Shown here: positions 9,125 through 19,290 of the stretch, piece by piece | Layout of the letters: each line of letters opens with the position of its first letter | Position numbering within the stretch: the first letter of the stretch is position 1 | Assembly: GCA_041906785.1 (NCBI GenBank) | Contig: JAYRIM010000028.1 | Location: 35,934 to 99,933 of the forward strand | DNA length: 64,000 bases | DNA from: Candidatus Levyibacteriota bacterium | GTDB taxonomy: Bacteria; Patescibacteriota; Microgenomatia; Levybacterales; UBA12049 | Direction of reading: 5' to 3' | Notes under the pieces: generated by a model | Told to the model about the DNA's origin: nothing | Database searches by the model: none | The model's input: only the letters and a program-made list of their open reading frames with translations | Position numbers and translations under genes: made by a program

Positions 9125-9457
9125 ATGAAAACGAAAAGGACTGATATCATTATGCAAAATAAAATCTTTCTTTACATTGCATTCGGTACAACTTTCATTT
9201 TATTGATCCCTTTTTTAGCGATGCAATTAAACTGGCAATTTCCTGACCCTGGTAGCTCAACTAACAATAGAGTGAATTGGACAATTAGTGATTTTGTTGT
9301 CATGGGAACTCTTCTGTTCGTTACAGGGAGCACTTTTGTATTGGCAGCAAGAAAGTTTCCTAAACATCAACTTATTATCGGTTTAATTATCGGTTTTTTG
9401 TTTCTTTGGTTATGGGCGGAGCTTGCAGTTGGTATTTTCACAAACTGGGGGAGCTAG
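9125..9457 (+). CDS. Small hypothetical membrane protein (3 TM)
   Basis: LLIPFLAMQ..VNW..SDF..MG and WAELAVGIF hydrophobic segments; start may be 9152. Confidence 0.75.
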   Translation: MKTKRTDIIMQNKIFLYIAFGTTFILLIPFLAMQLNWQFPDPGSSTNNRVNWTISDFVVMGTLLFVTGSTFVLAARKFPKHQLIIGLIIGFLFLWLWAELAVGIFTNWGS

Positions 9458-9989
9458 ACCGAAATTTTCTAACTATTATTTGAATGACATTTGCTGTCAT
9501 AGCATCATTTATTTCTCCTCTATCTATCATATCCAACGCATTTGTGAATGTTACATATCTCTGTTCACTTACCTGTTCATCAGTTTCTGTTTTAGCTGTA
9601 GTGATTGATGTCGGTTCAATTACCGTGAAAAAAACAGTTACACTTTCTGAGTTGAAACTGTTTAGCGGATAAAACAAATTCAATCTCTCAATTTTATTTA
9701 CTTGTATTCCTGTCTCTTCATATAATTCTCTCTTTGCAGCTTCTTCTTCAGTCTCACCTTCATCTATTCCACCCCCAGGAATTTCCCAACTATAGGTATC
9801 TATCACATATCTGTATTCTTTATTCAGGAGAATTCGTTTATCAGTAGTTACGACAGCGATACCTACACCATCTTTTCGATCTGTGAGTGCATATGTGCTC
9901 CTCTCCCCATTTGGAAACTCTATTTCATCTTGATAAAAGGTTAGCCATTTATCTTTATATACTTCTTTTCGCGATATTCGTTTAAACAT
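9438..9989 (-). CDS. NUDIX hydrolase (ADP-ribose pyrophosphatase-like)
   Basis: Complete Nudix box GGIDEGETEEEAAKRELYEETG. Confidence 0.92.
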   Translation of the reverse strand: MFKRISRKEVYKDKWLTFYQDEIEFPNGERSTYALTDRKDGVGIAVVTTDKRILLNKEYRYVIDTYSWEIPGGGIDEGETEEEAAKRELYEETGIQVNKIERLNLFYPLNSFNSESVTVFFTVIEPTSITTAKTETDEQVSEQRYVTFTNALDMIDRGEINDAMTANVIQIIVRKFRSSSPSL

Positions 9990-10091
9990 TCATTAGCATT
10001 ATAGATTATTTACTACGTCTATGGAAGTTCATAATTAGTAGTAAACATAATGGTGTATAATAGTTCTGCTAGTCACGAGACTCAAAAAATC

Positions 10092-10847
10092 ATGAAACAA
10101 CCATTCCTTTCAGTAGTTATTCCGTGTTACGATGAAATGGCGAATCTTCGGAAGGGAGTCCTCGATAAAGTTGACCATTTTCTCAAAAAACAACAATATT
10201 CGTACGAAGTTATCATAGTTGATGATGGGTCAACTGATGGAAGTGTTGAATTTATACAAAAATTTATAAAGGAATACCCACATTTTAAGCTTATCGCGAG
10301 CGAGCATTTAGGAAAAGCAGGTGCAGTTACTAAAGGAGTATTAGAGGCGACAGGAGAACTTGTGCTTTTTACAGATATGGATCAAGCTACACCAATAGAA
10401 GAGGTAAAGAAATTGTTACCATTTTTTGACGAAGGATATAGTATCGCAATTGGGGCAAGGAACTCTGGTAAAGAAGGATATCCCTTTTCTAGATTAGCAA
10501 TGCATAAGGGTATGATTCTACTTCGAAAGATACTTGTTGGTCTTCCTGAGATTACTGATACACAGTGTGGATTCAAAATATTTTCAAAGGATGCTGCACA
10601 AAATATATTTGAGAAGGTAAGAAGTATGCATAAAGGGTTTAAAAAGATATCAGGTTCAGCAGTAAAGGCTGGATTCGATGTTGAATTATTATTATTAGCA
10701 CATAAACTTGGCTATAAAATAAAAGAAGTACCGGTTAGCTGGCTCTACGTTGAGAGTAGAAGAGTTAGCCCTTTACGTGATTCTATAGACGGCGTTTTAG
10801 ATCTCATACGGATTAAACTAAACGATCTCACAGGAAAATACGCATAA
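10092..10847 (+). CDS. GT2 polyprenol-phosphate glycosyltransferase (ALG5/DPM1-like)
   Basis: VVIPCYDE, VDDGSTD, GKAGAV, DMD, DTQCGFK, FDVE; start chosen at ATG 10092. Confidence 0.9.
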   Translation: MKQPFLSVVIPCYDEMANLRKGVLDKVDHFLKKQQYSYEVIIVDDGSTDGSVEFIQKFIKEYPHFKLIASEHLGKAGAVTKGVLEATGELVLFTDMDQATPIEEVKKLLPFFDEGYSIAIGARNSGKEGYPFSRLAMHKGMILLRKILVGLPEITDTQCGFKIFSKDAAQNIFEKVRSMHKGFKKISGSAVKAGFDVELLLLAHKLGYKIKEVPVSWLYVESRRVSPLRDSIDGVLDLIRIKLNDLTGKYA

Positions 10848-10849
10848 TT

Positions 10850-12037
10850 ATGAGAATTTTTTCTCAAAAAAAAACAGTCTTAATTTATATTCTTTCACTC
10901 GTAGCTTTATTTCTTTATTCATTCACTCAAATTTCATTAAGTCTTGCCTTAGTTAGGTATCCCGCTATCTATAGTATTCAACAGTGGTTTCAGCATATTG
11001 GATATTTTGATAGACCTTTATCAACATATATATTTTTGGTTATTTTAGTGGGAATGTTTTCTTCTTATTTCTTGTTCCTGAAAAATGCAAAAACTATCTT
11101 TAGAGAAAGAAGTTTAGTATGGAAACTTATATTCGCCACTGCCATTCTTCTCTTTTTTTCATTTCCTGCATTTTCAAACGACATATTTAACTATATTTTC
11201 GATGCGAAAATTTTCACTTTTTATGGAAAAAATCCGTATCAATACAAAGCACTTGATTTTCCAAATGATCCAATGCTCAGTTTTATGCATTGGACACATA
11301 GAACGTATCCTTATGGTCCTGTTTGGTTACTTTTAAGTATTCCTATTTCTTATATAGGGTTTCAGATATTTTTAATAACACTTTTCCTTTTTAAAATTCT
11401 AGCAGTATGCGGGTATTTAGGAAGCATCTATTTTCTTGGAAAAATTATGGAAAAAATTGATAAAGAGAAAGAGATACTTACAATTATTTTCTTTGCTTTT
11501 AATCCTCTAGTTATTATCGAATCTCTTGTTTCTGCTCATCATGATATTATCATGATATTTTTCGCATTAGCTTGCTTGCATTATCTTATTGAAAAGCGTT
11601 ACATAGTTTCGTTTATTTTCTTTCTATTATCAATAGGTATTAAATTCGTCACCATCTTTATGTTCCCTGTATTTTTAGCAATTGTTGTGATGCAGATGCT
11701 AAAAGAAAAAATACCATGGAATGCTTTTATAGGAACCCTGATTCTTTGTATGTTTTTAGGAGTCTTAGGAGCTTCACGATTTTCAGGAAATTTTCAACCA
11801 TGGTATTTGATTTTTGTTGTGCCTTTTATTGCACTTGTAGTAAAGAATGTTTTCTATGCGATTCCAGCAATGATTCTTAGTATAGGTGGGTTACTTACCT
11901 ACGTACCGTATCTCTACTTAGGAAATTGGGATAAACCTGTTCCAGATTATTTGAGAACCATTTATTTGGTATCAACTGGATTCTGCATTGCCTCAATCTT
12001 TCTACTATATAAGAAAAAAAGAGATAGTAAAACATGA
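10850..12037 (+). CDS. GT-C membrane glycosyltransferase, MptA/MptB-like
   Basis: Multi-TM; SNDIFNY, YPYGPVW, FNPLVIIE...HHD, QPWY motifs. Confidence 0.75.
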   Translation: MRIFSQKKTVLIYILSLVALFLYSFTQISLSLALVRYPAIYSIQQWFQHIGYFDRPLSTYIFLVILVGMFSSYFLFLKNAKTIFRERSLVWKLIFATAILLFFSFPAFSNDIFNYIFDAKIFTFYGKNPYQYKALDFPNDPMLSFMHWTHRTYPYGPVWLLLSIPISYIGFQIFLITLFLFKILAVCGYLGSIYFLGKIMEKIDKEKEILTIIFFAFNPLVIIESLVSAHHDIIMIFFALACLHYLIEKRYIVSFIFFLLSIGIKFVTIFMFPVFLAIVVMQMLKEKIPWNAFIGTLILCMFLGVLGASRFSGNFQPWYLIFVVPFIALVVKNVFYAIPAMILSIGGLLTYVPYLYLGNWDKPVPDYLRTIYLVSTGFCIASIFLLYKKKRDSKT

Positions 12038-12048
12038 AGCTGGAGCAT

Positions 12049-12077
12049 TTGCTTCTCTTAGCACCCTTTCGTATAAT
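12049..12077 (+). promoter_or_regulatory. Internal promoter, near-leaderless geometry
   Basis: TTGCTT, 17 bp, TATAAT, 8 nt to ATG 12086. Confidence 0.6.
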
Positions 12078-12085
12078 CATCCTAT

Positions 12086-13606
12086 ATGCGCTTTCTTAAA
12101 AAGTACAATCTGCCGTTAGGAATTTTTTTCCTTTTATCACTTCTTTATTTTACTATTCGAATCTCTACATTGCTTCAACTGCCAATTTTTACAGATGAAG
12201 CTATTTATATCAGATGGGCTCAAGTAGGATCACAAGATGCAAATTGGCGGTTTATTTCACTGACTGACGGTAAACAACCTCTCTTTACATGGCTCGTAAT
12301 GCTCACAGTTCGAATTTTTTCTGATCCTCTTTTTGCTGGAAGAATCGTTTCAGTTTTTGCAGGATTTCTCACATTGATTGGGCTTTTTTTCCTTACGTAT
12401 GAACTTTTCAGAAAGTATAAGATAGCTTTGATATCGTCAGTATTATATGTTTTTTACCCGTTTGCCTTAGTGTATGACAGAATGGCTTTATATGATAGTT
12501 CAGTCGGTACATTCGCCGTATGGGGATTATACTGTATTGTGTTGTTGGTGAGATATATTCGGTTGGATGTCGCACTGCTTCTAGGAATAGTTAGCGGGTT
12601 GGGAGTTTTAAATAAAACAAATGGTTTTTTTACAGTGTATTTACTTCCATTCTCATTAATTCTCTTTAACTGGAAAAATGATAAACGAATAGTGCGGTTT
12701 TTAAAATGGTTAGGCTTGAGCATAATTGCAGTAATTCTGACATATGGCATATACGCAATTCTCCGGCTTTCACCGTTCTTCTATATTATTGGGCAGAAAA
12801 ATGCGCTGTTTGTTTTTCCTTTTAAAGAATGGCTTCAACATCCATTCACTTTCTTTTGGGGGAACCTTTGGGCTGGAATGAGGGATTGGTTAATACGATA
12901 TTTTAGTTTTCCATTTTTAATACTTACAGTTATTTCATTTGTGATACAAAGAAAATATTTTAAAGAGAAATTGCTTCTCTTAATATGGTGTACGGTTCCT
13001 TTTTTCGCTCTCGCTTTATTCGGAAATACATTATATCCCAGATATATTTTTTTCATGACGTTGTCGTTACTTCCTTTAGTTGCATTTTCTCTTCATGAAC
13101 TATTTTTTACATTTAGATATAGAATGATAGGATTAGCAGTTACCATTCCTTTTTTACTAATTCCTCTCTGGACATTCCTTATGGTTTTAATTGATTTTCC
13201 ACATTCGCCTATTCCAGCATCTGATAGAGACCAATATAATAATGATTGGCCATCAGGAGTAGGAATTAAAGAATCAATAGCATTTTTAAAAGAGAAAGAG
13301 AGAGGGAACCATATAACGCTCTTTACACAAGGGACATTTGGACTTATGCCATATGCTTATGAAATATATACGAAAGATGAAAGCGATCGTTTTACTATAA
13401 AAGGTATTTGGCCAATTGAACACCAACCACCAAAAGATTTACTAAATTCAGCGAAGAAAGGCTCCACATATGTTGTGTTTTACCAACCATGTGTTGTATG
13501 TGAATTCCCGGGTGCTGCTCCAGATACCTGGCCAATAACAGAAATAAAAAGATATAAAAAAGTGGATGTCGATAGATATTTAATACTTTATAAGGTTAAC
13601 CCATGA
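12086..13606 (+). CDS. ArnT/PMT-like GT-C glycosyltransferase
   Basis: Multi-TM; FTDEAIY after TM1, GKQPLF, GR, YPRY. Confidence 0.85.
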   Translation: MRFLKKYNLPLGIFFLLSLLYFTIRISTLLQLPIFTDEAIYIRWAQVGSQDANWRFISLTDGKQPLFTWLVMLTVRIFSDPLFAGRIVSVFAGFLTLIGLFFLTYELFRKYKIALISSVLYVFYPFALVYDRMALYDSSVGTFAVWGLYCIVLLVRYIRLDVALLLGIVSGLGVLNKTNGFFTVYLLPFSLILFNWKNDKRIVRFLKWLGLSIIAVILTYGIYAILRLSPFFYIIGQKNALFVFPFKEWLQHPFTFFWGNLWAGMRDWLIRYFSFPFLILTVISFVIQRKYFKEKLLLLIWCTVPFFALALFGNTLYPRYIFFMTLSLLPLVAFSLHELFFTFRYRMIGLAVTIPFLLIPLWTFLMVLIDFPHSPIPASDRDQYNNDWPSGVGIKESIAFLKEKERGNHITLFTQGTFGLMPYAYEIYTKDESDRFTIKGIWPIEHQPPKDLLNSAKKGSTYVVFYQPCVVCEFPGAAPDTWPITEIKRYKKVDVDRYLILYKVNP

Positions 13607-15273
13607 TTCGCTATAAAAATCATCTCCTTATTATCATCATATCCTTTATTCCTTTTCTACCGGTATTACTACGTCCGGAATTACCTCATACACATGATGG
13701 ATTAGTTCACTTGCCGCGAATGGCAGCTTTTTATAAAGCATTACTCTCAGGTCATATACCTGTACGATGGGCTGGAGAATTAAATTATGGATATGGAATG
13801 CCTTTATTTAACTTCGTATACCACATGCCTTATATTATTGCCTCATTTTTCCTGTTTTTCGGAAGCGGTTTAGTTTTTGCTTTTAAACTAACGCTTTTAG
13901 TAAGCTATATTCTGTCCGGTTTGGGAATGTATCTTTTCGCTAAAACTTTTTTTGAAGATGAAAAGAAAGGTTTTTTATGTGCAGTTTTTTATCAATTTGC
14001 AACATTCCGATTTGTCGAGTTATTTATTCGAGGGAGTTTTGGAGAGGTATATACATATTCCTTCCTACCATTTATTCTCTATAGTTTATTACAACTGCAG
14101 AGGTATCGATCTTTAAGATACTTTTTACATTCTGTTTTTTTTACAGCATGTTTGATTCTTTCACATAATTCAGTAAGTTTAATCTTTTTTGGCATAAGCT
14201 TCCTTTTTATATTGCTATTTATTAAAAATTTTAGAGATAAAATTATTAGTTTCCTTTCACTTTTTGCTGGGTTACTACTTTCTTTATATTACTGGTTACC
14301 AGCACTTGCCGAACATAAATATACCTATGGTAATTTATTTATGAAAGATCTTTACTTAGAACATTTTGCTCCTATACATCAGTTTTTTCTTCCTAATTTT
14401 ATTAATTCATCAGCTCTGCAAACGGGTGGAATTTCTGTGCAAATAGGATTTTTACATGTTTTTGCTTTACTTTTGGCATTATTTCCAGTTCTTTTACAAG
14501 ATATTCCAGTTGTTAAAAAAAACACGATAAAACTTCTCCGTTTATTCGTAGGGGTTCTTACTGGTATAGCTTTATTTTTTATGTTACCTGTCTCAAAAAT
14601 AGTATGGGGAGAAATAAGTATTCTTAGACAATTCCAATTTCCATGGAGATTTCTTTCTGTTATTGTTTTTTCATCTTCTTTAGCAAGTTTTTTTCTTTTC
14701 TCTATTCCTTTCATTAAAAAGAAAAACTTTTATTTAGGTACAATTTTTTTAGTAGTTATAACAAGTATTTGGTATTGGAACCCCTCCTTAGGATTTGAGA
14801 AAGTGAATGAGTCATATTATTGGAATTTCCCTCTTAATACAACATATTATGGTGAGACAGACGTTATTTGGTCAGCCGGTCCAGCAAAATCATATCCGAA
14901 AAAAAGAATCGAAATAATCAGCGGAAAGGGCACTGTTAATGACTTTATTAAAGAAAATCACTGCCAGACATTCACGGTTAATGCAAAAACTGATCTTTCA
15001 ATATTGAGTCATACACAATATTTTCCAGGTTGGGAGGTGTCTATTGACGGAATAAGACATACAAACGCAGTACAATTCCAAGATCCGAATCACAGAGGAG
15101 AAATCGTCTTCTCTGTACCGAAAGGTAAGCACGCCGTGCGGTTACAATTTACTGAAACGAAAATAAGGTATATCGCAGATTCAATATCCGCCGTGATTTT
15201 TTCACTGTTTGTACTTTTTCTTGTATTTCATAAACACTTAGAGAAACGTTTTTCAAAACTATATGGGAAGTAA
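13603..15273 (+). CDS. PTPS-related membrane protein (putative GT-C) with YfhO-like C-terminal domain
   Basis: THDG..H..R, PVRW..LNYGYG.PLFNF, RG..GE, LSHN, QFPWR, YFPGW. Confidence 0.8.
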   Translation: MIRYKNHLLIIIISFIPFLPVLLRPELPHTHDGLVHLPRMAAFYKALLSGHIPVRWAGELNYGYGMPLFNFVYHMPYIIASFFLFFGSGLVFAFKLTLLVSYILSGLGMYLFAKTFFEDEKKGFLCAVFYQFATFRFVELFIRGSFGEVYTYSFLPFILYSLLQLQRYRSLRYFLHSVFFTACLILSHNSVSLIFFGISFLFILLFIKNFRDKIISFLSLFAGLLLSLYYWLPALAEHKYTYGNLFMKDLYLEHFAPIHQFFLPNFINSSALQTGGISVQIGFLHVFALLLALFPVLLQDIPVVKKNTIKLLRLFVGVLTGIALFFMLPVSKIVWGEISILRQFQFPWRFLSVIVFSSSLASFFLFSIPFIKKKNFYLGTIFLVVITSIWYWNPSLGFEKVNESYYWNFPLNTTYYGETDVIWSAGPAKSYPKKRIEIISGKGTVNDFIKENHCQTFTVNAKTDLSILSHTQYFPGWEVSIDGIRHTNAVQFQDPNHRGEIVFSVPKGKHAVRLQFTETKIRYIADSISAVIFSLFVLFLVFHKHLEKRFSKLYGK

Positions 15274-17659
15274 ATATTTTGGTTTTATTTTTTCGTGTTT
15301 ATTTGTATTTTCTCTTTTTTATAAAACTTTTTTATTTGGCTTGTTACCGTTCCCTGGAGATCTATTAATTGCTGAATATTCTCCATGGAAATATGACGCA
15401 CATGTAGGTTATAGCCCGGGTTCGTATCCCAATAAAGCTCAATATTTTGATTCGCTTCGCCAAATGTATCCATGGAGAATGTTAGGAATTACTTCTTTCT
15501 CACAAGGTTTTATTCCTCTTTGGAATCCATATAATTTTTCGGGAGCGCCTTTATTAGCAAATTTTCAATCCGCTGTTTTTTATCCACTTAACATCGTTTT
15601 TTTAATTTTATCTGAACATTATGCATGGACAGGTTTGATTATTTTACAAATATTTCTAGCTCTCTGGTTTACGTATTTGTATGCAAAAGAAATTGGTCTA
15701 TCTCATTTTGGTTCCATGTTTTCTGCTATTAGTTTTGTATGTTCGTCATTCGTAATCGTTTGGCTTGAATATAATACGATTGTTCACGTAATACTTTGGC
15801 TTCCGCTTATCTTATTGTCTATTGAAAATCTTGTAAAGGCTTTTACAAAACGATGGGCTTTTGTTTTACTTTTCTCTCTCAGCTCTTCGATTTTGGCAGG
15901 ACATCCACAAGTCTTTTTTTATCTTTATCTATTTACCTTCATATACTTTATTTGGAAACTGAAATCACTTCATAAACATATACGTAATGAAACAGCTACA
16001 TTAACCTGTTTGCTTTTACCCCTAGGACTGACAGCTTTTCAAATACTACCCGGTATTGAACTTACTTTACTCTCTGCAAGAAGTAGTCATGATATCTCAA
16101 CATTATTAACAAAAATTCTTATTCAACCATGGCAGCTTATTATGGCTTTCGTTCCTGATTTTTTTGGAAACCCCGCGAACAGAAATTATTATATTTCAGA
16201 TACATATATCGGAAAAATGTTTTCAATTGGAATTATTCCATCTTTTTTTGCTTTTTATGCATTATTTACTAAAAGACGTGGTTATATTCAGCTTTTTTTC
16301 ATTACTACTATTATTATTCTTCTTCTTACTGTACATTCACCATTTACATGGGTACTGTATGCTTTTCCAATTCCATTTTTTTCTGCAAGCTCACCAACGC
16401 TCTCCTTATTTCTCATTGTTTTTTCCACAGCTTTATTAAGCGGTTTTGGAGTAGATTTATGGTTACGAGAAAAACAAACTGTTAAAATCTTTTTAAAACG
16501 CTTTTCTCAATTACCGTTATTTTTTCTCGGAATCTGGATGTATCTTACGTTTGCAAAAACTGGGATAGTTGATTCACTCTTACCTGAACAATTATCAATC
16601 ACAATACGAAATTTTCTTTTAATATCGGCAATATTATTTTTTGCGTTTATTTTGGTATTCATATCTTCATTCTTTTTACGATATAAAAAAATATTTTTTT
16701 TGGTATTACTGTTTATTTCATTAGGTGAAAGTTTTCGAAATTTTCATAAGTTTAATCCTTTTGTACCTGAACCATTAATTTTTCCTAAAAACGAAATATT
16801 TACATATTTACAAAGTACAGCAGCTACTTCGCGATTTTATGGATATGGCGCTGCAAATATCCAAGCTAACTTTGGTACGTATTATCATAATTTTTCACCT
16901 GACGGCTATGATCCGTTATATCCTAAGTCGTACGGGGAATTTATAGCGTTATCGAGAGATGGAGCTTTTCCTAATCGGTTTACTACTGAAACACGTTCAG
17001 ATGCGATGCTTGCACCTGGATTTGGTGATGAGGATTTCACAGAGAATACCTATCGTATAAAAGTTATGAATCTTTTAGGAGTTTCATATATTCTTGATAG
17101 AGAAGAAAATGGCAGTACTGCCAAACGTTTTCCTCCAGGACAATTCCCAATTGTATATAAAAATAATAATTGGATAATATATAAGAATGTTGATTCTCTA
17201 CAAAGAGCTTTTTTTGCATCTTCATATCAACTATATAAAAATGAAAAGGACTTCGAAAAAATATTTTTTTCAAAAAATTTTGATTACCAAAAAACAATCC
17301 TTTTAGAAAAACCGCTAGGAGAAAAGGCTCAGTTTGCTATTGGCAAAGCTGAGATTAGCACGTATTCACCAAATAAAATAATTATAAAGACAGAAAATAC
17401 TGGTGATGGTCTACTTTTTCTCTCCGATACATTTTTTCCCGGATGGAAAGCGTTTATCGATGAAAAAGAGACGGTAATTCATAAAGCAGATTTTACTTTT
17501 CGGGCTGTGTTAGTTCCTCCAGGTAGACACTCTGTGCGATTTATATATGATCCTGATTCATTTAAAATTGGAATAGTTATCTCTCTGTTAAGTATGATTA
17601 TCGCTTCAATATTTCTATTCTTCAAGAAAAAAGTATCATATAATGGAACTGATCTATGA
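15263..17659 (+). CDS. YfhO-family membrane protein (putative GT-C)
   Basis: D...QMYPW, PLWNPY.FSG.P, GHPQ, PDFFGNP, GYDPL, FFPGWKA. Confidence 0.85.
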   Translation: MGSKYFGFIFSCLFVFSLFYKTFLFGLLPFPGDLLIAEYSPWKYDAHVGYSPGSYPNKAQYFDSLRQMYPWRMLGITSFSQGFIPLWNPYNFSGAPLLANFQSAVFYPLNIVFLILSEHYAWTGLIILQIFLALWFTYLYAKEIGLSHFGSMFSAISFVCSSFVIVWLEYNTIVHVILWLPLILLSIENLVKAFTKRWAFVLLFSLSSSILAGHPQVFFYLYLFTFIYFIWKLKSLHKHIRNETATLTCLLLPLGLTAFQILPGIELTLLSARSSHDISTLLTKILIQPWQLIMAFVPDFFGNPANRNYYISDTYIGKMFSIGIIPSFFAFYALFTKRRGYIQLFFITTIIILLLTVHSPFTWVLYAFPIPFFSASSPTLSLFLIVFSTALLSGFGVDLWLREKQTVKIFLKRFSQLPLFFLGIWMYLTFAKTGIVDSLLPEQLSITIRNFLLISAILFFAFILVFISSFFLRYKKIFFLVLLFISLGESFRNFHKFNPFVPEPLIFPKNEIFTYLQSTAATSRFYGYGAANIQANFGTYYHNFSPDGYDPLYPKSYGEFIALSRDGAFPNRFTTETRSDAMLAPGFGDEDFTENTYRIKVMNLLGVSYILDREENGSTAKRFPPGQFPIVYKNNNWIIYKNVDSLQRAFFASSYQLYKNEKDFEKIFFSKNFDYQKTILLEKPLGEKAQFAIGKAEISTYSPNKIIIKTENTGDGLLFLSDTFFPGWKAFIDEKETVIHKADFTFRAVLVPPGRHSVRFIYDPDSFKIGIVISLLSMIIASIFLFFKKKVSYNGTDL

Positions 17660-19290
17660 AAAGAGATTTTCTTATATTATTTTTTTCTATAGTTGTTATT
17701 GCAACTTTTTTACGTTTATTCCGGTTAGATACAGTTCCTCCAGGAATTAACCAAGACGAGGGAGCGATAGGTTATAATGCATACTCGATCCTGAGAACTG
17801 GTAAAGATGAATATGGAAGACCTTTTCCTGTATCTTTCCAGTCATTTGGTGATTGGAAACTACCTTTATATATTTATGCTACTGTTCCTCTGGTTGGGGT
17901 TTTTGGTATTACCGAGGTAAGTGTTCGTTTGGTTTCTGCATTAGCAGGGGTTGGAACTGTTATACTTACATTTTTTCTCATATATGAGCTTTTTAATAAT
18001 TATTTTTTGGCATTTCTTTCAATGTTTCTTCTAGCCATTTCTCCCTGGCATCTACATATCTCGCGCGTTGAATCAGAGGCGAATACAGCCGTTTTTTTTG
18101 TAACTTTAGCTACATTGTTATTTTTGCGTAGTTTGCGGACAAAAGATTGGTTAATCATTCCTAGCTCTTTTTTCTTCGTCCTAACATACTATACCTATGC
18201 AGGAAATCATGTATTTACTACATTGTTACTTTTATCTTTAGTTGTTCTGTATTGGAAACAAATTCCACGAACCAAATATGCAATTATTGCAATAGTATTA
18301 TTTGCATCCCTCTTTAGTATAATTGCGTATTTTACTTTATTTGAAGCAAGTAAAACGAAAATATCTGGTATAGGCATTTTCGGAGATCCATCAGTAGTTC
18401 ATGCGAAAATAGAAATTCCTCGGAATGAACATACAGATCCTGGGTCGATTGCAGCAAAAATTTTTCATAATAAAATATACTTTGGCATAGAACGTTTTAT
18501 GCAAAACTATCTTAACGCCTTTTCTCCTGAGTTCCTATTTATAAAGGGAGGTACGAATCATGCACATAACATCGAAGGATTTGGCAATATGTATATTGTA
18601 GAATCGTTATTTTTCCTTACAGGCTTTATCTATCTTATTGTTACGAAAAAAAACCCTTCTCATTATCTTGTTATATTATGGTTGCTTATAGCACCTATTG
18701 CACCGAGCGTCACAAAGGACGCTCCTCACAGCAATAGAATGTTTGCTATTTTTCCAATGTTACCTGTCGTAACAGCTTCTGGTTTTTATTATGTATTTAC
18801 TATTTTGAGAAAAAATAAGATATTAGTACTCAGTTTATTTTGTATCTCATTTTTTTTATTAACAATTAATTTCGGCAAATATATTGACCAGTATTATGTT
18901 CATTTTCCCCGAAACGAAGGAGAACATTGGGGAGTAGGCTATAAACGATTACTGAATATTCTCAATAGTTCAGAATACCGTTCGAAACATATTGTTATGA
19001 GTCACCCTGAATATTCTCATTATATGTATCTGCTTTTTTACGATCCATATGACCCCGAACAGTATCAAAAAGAAGCGATGCGATATGCTCCGACAAGTGA
19101 TGGGTTTTATCATGTGAAATCTTTTGGTAGATATGAATTTAGAAATATCAACTGGGAATACGATATAGAAAATAGTGATATTGTAGTTTCATTATCAAAA
19201 GAAGTTCCTGAAAATATTAAACATGCATATAAAACCGAGGAGGTTATTCTCGATAATAATGAATCTATGTTTACCGTTATAAAAAAGTGA
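17656..19290 (+). CDS. ArnT/PMT-like GT-C glycosyltransferase
   Basis: QDE..GYNAYSIL.TGKDEYG, GDWK.P, SPWH..SR. Confidence 0.85.
   Translation: MKRDFLILFFSIVVIATFLRLFRLDTVPPGINQDEGAIGYNAYSILRTGKDEYGRPFPVSFQSFGDWKLPLYIYATVPLVGVFGITEVSVRLVSALAGVGTVILTFFLIYELFNNYFLAFLSMFLLAISPWHLHISRVESEANTAVFFVTLATLLFLRSLRTKDWLIIPSSFFFVLTYYTYAGNHVFTTLLLLSLVVLYWKQIPRTKYAIIAIVLFASLFSIIAYFTLFEASKTKISGIGIFGDPSVVHAKIEIPRNEHTDPGSIAAKIFHNKIYFGIERFMQNYLNAFSPEFLFIKGGTNHAHNIEGFGNMYIVESLFFLTGFIYLIVTKKNPSHYLVILWLLIAPIAPSVTKDAPHSNRMFAIFPMLPVVTASGFYYVFTILRKNKILVLSLFCISFFLLTINFGKYIDQYYVHFPRNEGEHWGVGYKRLLNILNSSEYRSKHIVMSHPEYSHYMYLLFYDPYDPEQYQKEAMRYAPTSDGFYHVKSFGRYEFRNINWEYDIENSDIVVSLSKEVPENIKHAYKTEEVILDNNESMFTVIKK

Noticed and set aside
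10866-10874. A9 run near the 5' end of a GT-C gene, and other A/T homopolymers, as phase-variation tracts
   Set aside because: Runs of 8-9 A/T are common throughout this AT-rich sequence and all frames are intact
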